Assembly (NCBI GenBank): GCA_964562635.1
Contig: CAZLUL010000001.1
Span: forward strand, 1-44,308
Direction: 5' to 3'
Length of the DNA: 44,308 nucleotides
Source: an uncultured Fibrobacteraceae bacterium
GTDB lineage: Bacteria; Krumholzibacteriota; Krumholzibacteriia; LZORAL124-64-63
Shown here in pieces: positions 19,724 through 27,544 of the stretch. The position numbers were made by a program, and so were the translations under genes. The stretch's first letter is position 1. The number at the start of each line of letters is the position of its first letter. The notes beneath the pieces were generated by a model. The model was not told the origin of the DNA. It made no database searches and saw only the letters and a list, made by a program, of their open reading frames with translations.

Positions 19724-20863
19724 TCAGATTTTCTGCAGTTCCTTCTCCGCTTCCTTGGTCGAATCTTCGAAACGATCCCAGGTGGTGTCGCTGCTGGCCT
19801 GGATCCCTTTGACTCGCAATCGGAATTCGTGGGGATTGCTGCTGGCCCTGGTGGCAGCCTCCAGGGTGATCTTGGCCTCCTTGTAGAGCTGCATCAGCGA
19901 CTGGTCGAAAGTCTGCATCTGGTACTGCACAAAGCCTTCCTGGATCGCCTGCCGGATCATGACCGTCTTATCCGCTTCGCGGATGTACTCCCGGATGGTG
20001 CTGGTGGCAATCATGACCTCACAGGCCGGATATCGCCGCAAACCGTCGGCATCGGCCACGAGGCGCTGACTGATCACCGCCTGCATGGTTGAGGCAACGA
20101 GATACCGGATCTCCTGCTGCTGGTGCGGCGGGAAGAAGCTGATGATACGGCTGATGGTCTGGGTGGCATCAGTGGTGTGCATGGTGCTGAGCACCATATG
20201 GCCGGTGTCCGCTGCCGTCAGGGCAATCTTCATGGACTCAGCGTCCCGGATCTCGCCGATCAGAATCACATCCGGGTCCTGCCTCAGAACATGCTTCAAG
20301 GCTACGGCATAACTGCCTGTGTCGCAGCCGATTTCACGTTGACTAATGATGCTTTTGCGATCCCGATGCAAAAACTCGATGGGATCCTCGATGGTGATCA
20401 CATGGCGCGCAGATTCGCGATTGATGATGTCCACCAGCGATGCCAGAGACGTGGATTTGCCACTGCCGACAGTGCCAGTCACCAGCATCAGACCACGAGG
20501 TCGCAGGGCCAGTTCCTTGACCACCGGGGGCAATCCCAGCTCATCAGGGGTTTGGATCTCGACCGGGACGTGGCGAAAGACCATCGCCACGCTGCCGCGT
20601 TGCACATAGAAATTGGCCCTGAAACGGGCCACACCGGGCACGCCAAAGGCAAAATCGATCTCTTTGCTGCTCTCAAATTGTTCTCGTTGGGCCGGGGCCA
20701 GGATCTGCTGGGTGACAGCTGCCATGTCCTGGATATTCGGAGGCTCATAGTCCGCAAAAACCAAAGTGCCGTTGATCCGGAAACACGGCGGCGTGGCGAC
20801 TTTCAGGTGAAGGTCACTGGCTCCCCGGGCAATCATTTCCTTGAGGATCTTCTTGATATCCAT
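19724..20863 (-). CDS. pilT: Type IV pilus retraction ATPase PilT (twitching motility protein)
   Basis: 379 aa with N-terminal ASDLHLKVATPPCFRINGTL, Walker A GTVGSGKSTS, Walker B/Asp box ILIGEIRD and His box GHMVLSTMHT. A C-terminal extension of about 35 aa goes beyond the usual PilT length. AGGAGAG lies upstream of the ATG. Confidence 0.9.
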   Translation of the reverse strand: MDIKKILKEMIARGASDLHLKVATPPCFRINGTLVFADYEPPNIQDMAAVTQQILAPAQREQFESSKEIDFAFGVPGVARFRANFYVQRGSVAMVFRHVPVEIQTPDELGLPPVVKELALRPRGLMLVTGTVGSGKSTSLASLVDIINRESARHVITIEDPIEFLHRDRKSIISQREIGCDTGSYAVALKHVLRQDPDVILIGEIRDAESMKIALTAADTGHMVLSTMHTTDATQTISRIISFFPPHQQQEIRYLVASTMQAVISQRLVADADGLRRYPACEVMIATSTIREYIREADKTVMIRQAIQEGFVQYQMQTFDQSLMQLYKEAKITLEAATRASSNPHEFRLRVKGIQASSDTTWDRFEDSTKEAEKELQKI

Positions 20864-20999
20864 AGCGAAGGGCTCTCCTGTGCGGTTCAGGCTCTGGGCA
20901 CCACGGCAGCCATGCCACGGCGTCTCCCTGAGTTTATCGGACAGCGAGCGTCTGACTTGAGGATATTCAACCCAATCGCGGTCTCCGCAAACGAAGAAC

Positions 21000-21056
21000 C
21001 CGGAACGTTTTGCCGGCGCAAAACCCTCCGGGCCCGAAAAAATCGCCCCGACGCGA
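21000..21056 (-). terminator. Two hairpins downstream of accB (candidate terminator or attenuator)
   Basis: The first, at 21037-21056, reads TCGC-GTCGGG-GCGA followed by TTTTTT on the minus strand (weak stem, canonical U-run). The second, at 21000-21031, reads CCGGA-GG-GTTTTGC-GCCG-GCAAAAC-GT-TCCGG (12 bp with an internal loop), followed by GTTCTTCGTTTG. Confidence 0.45.
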
Positions 21057-21073
21057 AATCCTGACCGATTTGA

Positions 21074-21541
21074 TCAGTCCGGATCCACCAGGAACAGGAC
21101 ACCCTCGGCTTCGACCGGCATGCCGTCTTCCACCAGGATCTCCTTGATCGTGCCGGAGAATTCGGCATCGATCTCATTCATGACCTTCATGGCCTCGACA
21201 ATGCACAGCGTCTCTCCGGTCGCCACGTGGTCCCCCACGTTGACGAATGATGGGTTGGTCGGCGAGGGCGACCGGTAGAACGTGCCCACGATGGGTGAAC
21301 GCACGTCTTTCCACTTGCCGCGGGTCACATCGGCTTCGGCTGCCGGTGCCGCCTCAGGCGCCGCTGCTGCCGGAATTGGCGCCGCCGCAGCCATCGTCTG
21401 GGGCATCATGGCCGGAGCACCAAACACCTGCCCGGCGGATTTCTGGATCCGGATCGTGGTGTCAAGATGACTGACTTCCAGTTCCTCGATCCCGCTTTCT
21501 TCCACCAGTTTTACAAGTTCGCGCACTTTACTGATATCCAT
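21074..21541 (-). CDS. accB: Acetyl-CoA carboxylase biotin carboxyl carrier protein
   Basis: Biotinyl-lysine motif EAMKVMNEI and an Ala/Pro-rich linker. ORF 21074..21619 is trimmed to ATG 21541 (MDISKVRELVKLVEESGIEELEV, the typical AccB N-terminus) with GGAGGA 6 nt upstream. Confidence 0.9.
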   Translation of the reverse strand: MDISKVRELVKLVEESGIEELEVSHLDTTIRIQKSAGQVFGAPAMMPQTMAAAAPIPAAAAPEAAPAAEADVTRGKWKDVRSPIVGTFYRSPSPTNPSFVNVGDHVATGETLCIVEAMKVMNEIDAEFSGTIKEILVEDGMPVEAEGVLFLVDPD

Positions 21542-21623
21542 ATTCTGTCCTCCACTGCGCTCTGCCTTGGCCATTTGCAAACCTTCCGGTTTCGATCCGT
21601 CCTGCCGTTCCTGAGGCAATTAT

Positions 21624-22181
21624 CTAAACCCGCCCGAGATACTTGCCCGTGCGGGAATCGATTTTGATGATCTGTCCCTCTTCGATGAAGAGCGGCACCT
21701 GAACCACCAGGCCCGATTCCATCGTTGCGGGTTTCGATCCGCCCTGGGCCGTATCGCCCCGCAGGCCAGGATCGGTTTCCTTGACTGCCAGTTCCACCGT
21801 CATGGGCGGCTCCACCACCAGAGGGGTATCCTCCAGCAACAGGATACTGCACATGTCGCTTTCCTTGATGTACTTGGGCACATCACCCAGCGTATCGGCG
21901 TGCAACTGGATCTGCTCGTAGGTCTCGGTATTCATAAAAATGTAGTATTCGCCGTCGGGGTACAAATACTGGAATTCGCGGCGATCAAGGCGCACTTCTT
22001 CGACTTTTTCTCCCGCTCGAAAAGTGTTTTCGACCACTTTTCCGGTTTCGATATTCTTCAGCTTCGTACGCACAAACGCCGGCCCCTTGCCTGGTTTGAC
22101 GTGTTGAAACTCGGAAATGGACCACAGACCATTCTTGTGGCGCATGGTAAATCCGGTGCGAAAATCACTTGTATCGGCCAA
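21624..22181 (-). CDS. efp: Elongation factor P
   Basis: Conserved loop FQHVKPGKGPAFVRTKLKN. ORF 21624..22214 is trimmed to TTG 22181 (gives M-ADTSDFRTGF, the usual EF-P N-terminus), preceded by GGAGGA at 6-nt spacing. Confidence 0.92.
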   Translation of the reverse strand: MADTSDFRTGFTMRHKNGLWSISEFQHVKPGKGPAFVRTKLKNIETGKVVENTFRAGEKVEEVRLDRREFQYLYPDGEYYIFMNTETYEQIQLHADTLGDVPKYIKESDMCSILLLEDTPLVVEPPMTVELAVKETDPGLRGDTAQGGSKPATMESGLVVQVPLFIEEGQIIKIDSRTGKYLGRV

Positions 22182-22278
22182 TTCCGTCCTCCAATTCAAC
22201 CACATTGATCTCATCGATCAGTGACATCGCACACATGCTCCGGCCAAAACCGACAGAATGCCACCAAAATTTTGCCTA

Positions 22279-22307
22279 TTGATAACACGCTCCACCGCTT
22301 AAGGCAA
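22279..22307 (-). promoter_or_regulatory. Candidate sigma70-type promoter for efp (TTGCCT-17-TATCAA)
   Basis: Minus-strand -35 is TTGCCT (22307..22302). After a 17-nt spacer, -10 is TATCAA (22284..22279). It sits in the 161-nt aroQ-efp spacer. Hexamer match only. Confidence 0.3.
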
Positions 22308-22342
22308 TGAATTCGCGCCACCCGGACTGTTTCGCCCCGATT

Positions 22343-22804
22343 CTATTCTTCGGCCGGAGTCAGCATGGCCGCCAATCCCTCGAGGGCCATCAGGTAACCC
22401 TGAACGCCAAATCCGCGGATACCCGCCGTCACCACATCGGCCAGCAGGTTCTGCCGCCGAAACGGCTCCCGGGCGTCCGGGTTGGTCAAGTGCAGCTCGA
22501 TGACGGGAATAGAGATCGCTTCGACCGCGTCCCTCACCGCCACCGAGGTGTGGGTATAGGCCGCCGCATTGAGGATCAAACCCGCGGAAGTGTCGCCAGC
22601 ACGGTGGATCATCTGGACCAGTTCACCCTCGCCATCGGTCTGGTCAAAAACCAGTTCCAGATCGAGATCGGCTGCCCACCCCCGGCACAACTCAGCCACT
22701 TCCGCCCAGGTCGTGAAACCGTATATCTCGGGTTTGCGGCGGCCCAGACGGCCCAGGTTGGGCCCGCCCAGAATATGGACAACCTGTTTTTCGGTATGGC
22801 TCAT
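22343..22804 (-). CDS. aroQ: 3-dehydroquinate dehydratase, type II
   Basis: ILGGPNLGRLGRRKPEIYG and HLTNPDAREPFR motifs. ORF trimmed to ATG 22804, which overlaps the upstream TPR gene stop as ATGA (22801-22804). Confidence 0.9.
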   Translation of the reverse strand: MSHTEKQVVHILGGPNLGRLGRRKPEIYGFTTWAEVAELCRGWAADLDLELVFDQTDGEGELVQMIHRAGDTSAGLILNAAAYTHTSVAVRDAVEAISIPVIELHLTNPDAREPFRRQNLLADVVTAGIRGFGVQGYLMALEGLAAMLTPAEE

Positions 22805-23592
22805 GGCGCTGATCTCTCGTCGGTGCGGATGCGACTGATCCACGCTTCGAAATTCTTCTTTTCTTCGGATCGTTTGGCGGCCAGTACAGACCTGCGGTCA
22901 GGCAAGTCCCCCGGCCTGTCGGCCCGGTCAGAAAATTGCTCCGGCCGCGCGCCTGCCGCCGTATTGGCCGCGATATCCAGCAGGGCAATCTCCCTGATCT
23001 TGTCCCGAATATCCAGGCGCTCCGGCTCCCGCACCTGCATCTGCCGCAAGGCCGTCATGGCCTTGCCCAGATACCCCTGCGCCAGGTAGATCTCCACCAG
23101 GGTCATCGTGGCGAAAGAGGTTTCGGGCACATTGGTCGGATCAGGGCGGCGGCGATTGGACTTGGCCTCCAGCAACCCCTGCGGCCATCGTTCGTCATCA
23201 GGGTCCAGCTTACTCAGGCGAACCAGCAGAGGCACGACATCGTCCCAGGCCTGTCGGCTGCGGGCCTCTTCGGTCAACAAACGCAGGACCACCACATTGT
23301 CCGGATCGGTCTCCAGGACCCGCTTCAGCACCTTGCGGGCGTGCTCGGAGCGGTCCGCATCCAGCAACGTATGGCCCAAAATGACCATGGCCGCCTGGAA
23401 GTTTGGATGCTGAACAATGCCTTCTTCCAGCAGGGTCAGCGCTTCGGTGTGCTGCCCGGCCAGACGGAGGGAATCGGCCAACGGCGCAAAAATGCGACTA
23501 TTGGGCGAGGCGGCAGATCGCCGCCGCCAAATCGCAATTTGTTGCTGCTGCTGGTCCGTTGTCATCAGATCAGTCCATGGCCTTGAGGACAT
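22801..23592 (-). CDS. Tetratricopeptide-repeat protein, function unknown
   Basis: 263 aa with TPR-like helical repeats (AEALTLLEEGIVQHPNFQAAMVILGHTLL, LVEIYLAQGYLGKAMTAL). The first ATG (23592) overlaps the ACAD 3' end by 23 nt. Alternative ATG 23565 removes the overlap. Confidence 0.6.
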   Translation of the reverse strand: MSSRPWTDLMTTDQQQQQIAIWRRRSAASPNSRIFAPLADSLRLAGQHTEALTLLEEGIVQHPNFQAAMVILGHTLLDADRSEHARKVLKRVLETDPDNVVVLRLLTEEARSRQAWDDVVPLLVRLSKLDPDDERWPQGLLEAKSNRRRPDPTNVPETSFATMTLVEIYLAQGYLGKAMTALRQMQVREPERLDIRDKIREIALLDIAANTAAGARPEQFSDRADRPGDLPDRRSVLAAKRSEEKKNFEAWISRIRTDERSAP

Positions 23593-25228
23593 CGGCGACC
23601 TGGGTCATGTCGGTCCACTGGCCGGCTGTCAGCGCCAACGGGAAACGGGCCTCCACGCCCTGGACCAACTCTTCGGCCGCAGCAATAGCCGCTGCGTCAC
23701 TGCCATCGAGCAGGCCGGTCGCGCAACGCCGCGAACCTTCGCTGACGATGGCCACAACCTTGCGGGCAAAGACGCGGCTCATGGCCATCATGAAGGGTGC
23801 CTCAGCATCGCCTTCGGCCTTCAGGCGGGCGGCCTTGGCGCAGAATGCCGCCCCGACTTCGCAGGCGGTCATCATGTCCGCAAAGGTGAACATGACGATC
23901 TGGTTGCGGGTCTCGCGGGCCTTGTGCAGGTGCAGGACGGTCTCGTTGGTGCCCGAGATGGCCGCGGCCAACATGTCAGCGCCCACGGCAGATTCCTGCC
24001 CGTGCAGTTCCTGCATCTCATTGGCCAATTTGTTGTAGAATTCGCCCTTCGAACGCACCGTGTCTTTCCAGCGATACATGCTGATGATGCTTTGCTGGAT
24101 TTCGCTGGTGCCTTCGTAGATCGAAGTGATGCGCACATCCCGCCGCATTTTTTCGACCAGGTATTCGCGGGCATACCCGTAGCCACCCAGAGCCTGGATC
24201 GAGGCGTCGGCCGCGCGGTTGCCCGCTTCGGTTCCCCAGTACTTGGCGATGCTGCCTTCGGTGCCCATGTCGTGGTTGCCCTGATCGATCAGCAGCGCCA
24301 CGTGCTCCATGTGAGCGCGCCCCGCGGCCAGATCGACCCAGTTTTCCACCAGCAGTTTGAACATGTAGCCCTGTTTCTCGACCAGGGCGGAACCAAATTG
24401 CTCACGTTCCTTGGCATAGGCCAGCGCACGCTTCAGAGGCTCCTGCCCGCCCCCGATGCCGAAGGCACCTACCATCAGGCGGGTGTATCCAAAGACGGCA
24501 TTGGCTTGCTTCAACCCCTGCCCCTCTTCGCCACCGATCAGGTTTTCGGCCGGGATCTCCAGGTCCTCCATCAACACCCCGGTGGTATTGCTGGCGCGGA
24601 TGCCGTGCTTGTCCTCGTGCTTACCGACCGACAGACCAGGTGTACCCTTTTCGACCACAAAGAAGCTCGGTCCGCCCGGCGACTTGGCCAGGATGGTGTA
24701 CAACTCGGCCACGCCGCCGTTGGTGATGAACTGCTTGGCGCCATTGAGGCGGTAGCCGGTCACCTTGCCCTCGGCGTCGATAATCTGGTCGGCAGTGGTC
24801 TTCAGGTTGGCCACGTTGCTGCCAGCCTCGGGTTCGGTCACGCCGTAGGCCACGATCAGACCCTCGGTGGCAATCCGGTTCAGCCACAAATCCTTCTGCT
24901 CTTTGGTGCCGCCCACCAGGATGGGATCAGTGCCCAGGCAGATAGCCAGAAAGGCCGTCGCCACACCCAAATCAAAAGCGGCCATTTCTTCACTGACCCG
25001 GCAAATATCCCGGGCGCCGCCACCGAGACCGCTGTATTTTTCGGGCAGAAAAATCAGGTGCAGGCCCACATCGGGGCTGAGCAGTTTGCGGATGAAATCT
25101 TCCGGAAAAACGTTTTTCTCGTCGAGCTCGAGCATTTTCTCATCCGGCAATTCGCGGCCAACAACCTGGCGCAGCGTCTGGATCACCATGTCGCACATCT
25201 CGGTGGACAGTCCGGCGGGGACGTTCAT
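23570..25228 (-). CDS. Acyl-CoA dehydrogenase family protein with an extended C-terminal helical domain
   Basis: 552 aa with the ACAD pattern (VTEPEAGSNVANLKT, GGYGYAREYLVEKMRRDVRITSIYEGTSEIQ). About 170 extra C-terminal residues extend beyond a canonical ACAD of about 380 aa. Confidence 0.87.
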   Translation of the reverse strand: MNVPAGLSTEMCDMVIQTLRQVVGRELPDEKMLELDEKNVFPEDFIRKLLSPDVGLHLIFLPEKYSGLGGGARDICRVSEEMAAFDLGVATAFLAICLGTDPILVGGTKEQKDLWLNRIATEGLIVAYGVTEPEAGSNVANLKTTADQIIDAEGKVTGYRLNGAKQFITNGGVAELYTILAKSPGGPSFFVVEKGTPGLSVGKHEDKHGIRASNTTGVLMEDLEIPAENLIGGEEGQGLKQANAVFGYTRLMVGAFGIGGGQEPLKRALAYAKEREQFGSALVEKQGYMFKLLVENWVDLAAGRAHMEHVALLIDQGNHDMGTEGSIAKYWGTEAGNRAADASIQALGGYGYAREYLVEKMRRDVRITSIYEGTSEIQQSIISMYRWKDTVRSKGEFYNKLANEMQELHGQESAVGADMLAAAISGTNETVLHLHKARETRNQIVMFTFADMMTACEVGAAFCAKAARLKAEGDAEAPFMMAMSRVFARKVVAIVSEGSRRCATGLLDGSDAAAIAAAEELVQGVEARFPLALTAGQWTDMTQVADVLKAMD

Positions 25229-25249
25229 TTACCGATCCTCTCTTTTAAC

Positions 25250-25280
25250 AATCTTGCAAAAATCTTGCAACAATTTTGGC
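25250..25280. repeat. 11-nt phased direct repeat AATCTTGCAA(A) x2 plus a degenerate third copy
   Basis: AATCTTGCAA occurs at 25250-25259 and 25261-25270, and AATTTTGGC at 25272. The repeats lie in the unusually AT-rich 108-nt spacer directly upstream of the ACAD start (25228). Confidence 0.6.
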
Positions 25281-25336
25281 TCACTGTTTTGTTTGTTCAG
25301 CAGCAACTGTCCTGTTGCCAGGCACAGTCAGGCAGC

Positions 25337-26248
25337 TCAGGTAATATTGATGCAACCGGATCCGACCAGCACGCACTGCCCACCAACCAGAATGGACCGC
25401 GCCTGCCCACCAACAATTTCCGCGTCGGCCACGATGCGGCTTGGTCGACCGAGTTCGAGCCCCTGCTCGACCACAATGCGCACCCGCCGCTGGTGTTTGA
25501 TCAGGCGGTGCTTGACCAGGTAGGCCATCAGGGCGCCGATCGCCGCGCCGCTGGCAGCGTCTTCGGGGATGCCAAAATGAGGGGCAAACATTCGGCAGTG
25601 GGCGGTCGCTTCGCGGTCCACCGTTTCGCAGGTGAAGACGAACAGATCGCCGAAGCCCAGATCACGGGCGATGGCGTCGGCCTCACGATTCCTCAGGCAG
25701 ATCGCGTTCATTGCTTCGAGAGAGCCCACGGGAATAATGTGGATTGGCAAGCCCGTCGAGATCACTTCACAGGGCAAGCCCGTGATGGCGATTTCACTTT
25801 CGGAAATGCCCAGAGTGCGGGCCACTTTGCTGCGGTGGAAGTACTGCCCCATGAAGGCCGGATCATCCTGCTGCAGGCTGTACATGACGGTGCCGTCATC
25901 AGTGACAGTCTGCACGGGATAGCGGCCCGCTTCCAATTCCCAGATATGGGGCTCGGCATTCGCGGTGTTGTCCCGCAAACCCAGATGATCCAAGGCGAAA
26001 GTGGCGCCCAAAACGGAGTGGCCGCCAAAGGGGATTTCCGCCGAAGGTGTGAAAACGCGCAGGCCCGAAACCCCAGCGGCGCCACTGCGCGACGGCAGGA
26101 TGAAGGCCGTCTCTCCGGACCCCAGCTCCATGGCCAGTTTCTGCATCATCTGCGGAGATGTCGACCCCGCGTCCGGAAACAAAAACAGCCGACTGCCGCC
26201 GAAGGGCTTGTCGGTGAAAACATCAATGAGCAGGAATTCCAATTCCAT
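25337..26248 (-). CDS. PhzF-family isomerase-like protein
   Basis: N-terminus MELEFLLIDVFTDKPFGGSRLFLF matches the PhzF/YddE signature (FTxxPFxGNP-like). ORF 25337..26329 is trimmed to ATG 26248. Confidence 0.8.
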   Translation of the reverse strand: MELEFLLIDVFTDKPFGGSRLFLFPDAGSTSPQMMQKLAMELGSGETAFILPSRSGAAGVSGLRVFTPSAEIPFGGHSVLGATFALDHLGLRDNTANAEPHIWELEAGRYPVQTVTDDGTVMYSLQQDDPAFMGQYFHRSKVARTLGISESEIAITGLPCEVISTGLPIHIIPVGSLEAMNAICLRNREADAIARDLGFGDLFVFTCETVDREATAHCRMFAPHFGIPEDAASGAAIGALMAYLVKHRLIKHQRRVRIVVEQGLELGRPSRIVADAEIVGGQARSILVGGQCVLVGSGCINIT

Positions 26249-26272
26249 AAGCTGTAGAACACCCTCTGGGAT

Positions 26273-26310
26273 AGTCCGGCGGGACTTGCGGCAGTCCGGC
26301 AGGAGACTTG
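26273..26310. repeat. Tandem direct repeat AGTCCGGC-N3/5-ACTTG, each copy self-complementary
   Basis: AGTCCGGCGGGACTTG lies at 26273-26288 and AGTCCGGCAGGAGACTTG at 26293-26310. AGTCC/GGACT arms allow three mutually exclusive small hairpins. The repeat lies 25-62 nt upstream of the phzF-like ATG. Confidence 0.55.
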
Positions 26311-26370
26311 AGTACCAAGGCAGATGCACCAGAAACCCAACCGGATTTCAGTCCCGGCCGCAGGAATCAA

Positions 26371-26399
26371 AATTTAGCACAACAGGGAGCCGGAGCCAA
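26371..26399 (-). promoter_or_regulatory. Candidate extended -10 sigma70-type promoter for the phzF-like gene
   Basis: The minus strand reads TTGGCT (26399..26394), a 17-nt spacer ending in TGC, then TAAATT (26376..26371), that is TGnTAAATT. This predicts a leader of about 115 nt containing the 26273-26310 repeats. Confidence 0.4.
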
Positions 26400-26474
26400 G
26401 AGGATATGGGCCGCAATGGGCATTTTCCCCACTGCTGGCGGGTAAAATGAGGTTGGGTCTCAATTGGGGGCGAA

Positions 26475-26858
26475 TCAGTCTTCGATCAGGACCGTGGCCA
26501 CCGCGAACTGGCGCTCATGGCTGATCGTCAGATGCAGCTTGCGGCCACCACACCTATTGAGGGCTTCGGCCGCCAAACCGGTGACGGACAACAATGGCGC
26601 TCCTGCCTCGGCACTGCTGACGGCTATGTCCTGATAGGGAATATGCGCGATGGAGCCACCGAGGGCCTTGAGAAAGGCTTCCTTGGCTGCCCAACGACCG
26701 GCCACCATCGCCTCACGGGCCGGCCCTTGTTTGGCTTGAATCCGAGCTCTCTCCTGCGGTTGGAAACACCGCGCCAGGAAGCGGTCGCCATGCCGATTCA
26801 GCAGGTCGCTGACCCGGTCAACCGCCACGATGTCGGTGCCAATACCCCGGACACTCAA
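26475..26858 (-). CDS. acpS: Holo-[acyl-carrier-protein] synthase (4'-phosphopantetheinyl transferase)
   Basis: 127 aa with GIGTDIVAVDRV and WAAKEAFLKALG motifs. The TTG start overlaps the upstream stop (TTGA, 26855-26858). Confidence 0.87.
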   Translation of the reverse strand: MSVRGIGTDIVAVDRVSDLLNRHGDRFLARCFQPQERARIQAKQGPAREAMVAGRWAAKEAFLKALGGSIAHIPYQDIAVSSAEAGAPLLSVTGLAAEALNRCGGRKLHLTISHERQFAVATVLIED

Positions 26859-27544
26859 TAGGCACCCTTCCGCTCGATGACCGCCGGCAGGGTGCGGGCC
26901 AGGATGCCCAGGTCAAAAAGCAGGCTCGCCTGCCGGACGTACTCCTGATCCAACCGCATCCATTCCTCGAATTCCAGGTGGCTGCGGCCCGACACCTGCC
27001 ACAGGCAGGTCAGGCCCGGCTTGACCAGCAACCGGGTCGCCTGGGCGGGGCTGTAGTCGGCCACTTCAGTGGGAATCTGCGGCCGCGGCCCGACAATGGT
27101 CATCTCACCGCGAAACACGTTGAACAGCTGCGGAAATTCATCCAGGCTGCTTTGGCGCAGGAACCGCCCCACACCCGTAATGCGGGGGTCATCCTTGATC
27201 TTGAAGGCCGCGCCGGTCGCTTCGTTCATATGGGCCAGATCATCCTTGCGCGCCTCGGCATCGATGGACATCGAGCGGAACTTGTAGCAGTCGAACATCC
27301 GGCCCTTGTAGCCGACGCGCTTTTGGCGGAAAAAAATCGGGCCCGCCGACTCCAGCCGAATCAACAATACGATGAACGGGAACAGCGGCAGCAACATGAT
27401 CAGGCCGAACAGCGAAGCTGCCAGATCAAACAGGCGCTTGAACCACCGATACCCAGCCCCCAACCGGGCCGCAGATGCGGTGTCCGCTTCGGCGATGAAC
27501 GCCGCAAACTGGGCGTCAGATTCGTAGAAGTTTTCGCGGTTCAT
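26855..27544 (-). CDS. Small monotopic phosphoglycosyl transferase (bacterial sugar transferase family, polyprenyl-phosphate priming enzyme)
   Basis: 229 aa with FKRLFDLAASLFGLIMLLPLFPFIVLLIRLESAGPIFFRQKRVGYKGRMFDCYKFRSM and DEFPQLFNVFRGEMTIVGPRP, hallmark motifs of the family. Its ATG overlaps the GT39 stop as ATGA. Confidence 0.88.
   Translation of the reverse strand: MNRENFYESDAQFAAFIAEADTASAARLGAGYRWFKRLFDLAASLFGLIMLLPLFPFIVLLIRLESAGPIFFRQKRVGYKGRMFDCYKFRSMSIDAEARKDDLAHMNEATGAAFKIKDDPRITGVGRFLRQSSLDEFPQLFNVFRGEMTIVGPRPQIPTEVADYSPAQATRLLVKPGLTCLWQVSGRSHLEFEEWMRLDQEYVRQASLLFDLGILARTLPAVIERKGAY

Noticed and set aside
25302-25320. Sigma54-like TGGCAA...TTGCT on the minus strand, downstream of the phzF-like gene and upstream of the ACAD gene.
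   Set aside because: The GG-to-GC spacing is 3 nt longer than the TGGCAC-N5-TTGC consensus. The same bases are better explained as a 7-bp imperfect hairpin (CTGGCAAC-AGGACA-GTTGCTG).
23417-26257. 946-aa plus-strand ORF, the longest in the window. It crosses antisense through the TPR gene start, the whole ACAD gene, the AT-rich spacer and the phzF-like gene.
   Set aside because: Tempting because it stays open even across the intergenic region. However, both underlying minus-strand genes have strong family motifs. The plus-strand translation has antisense-type composition and no motif, SD or sensible start context. Staying open across 108 nt of spacer is within chance. Ribo-seq or cross-species dN/dS of the antisense frame would be needed to revive it.
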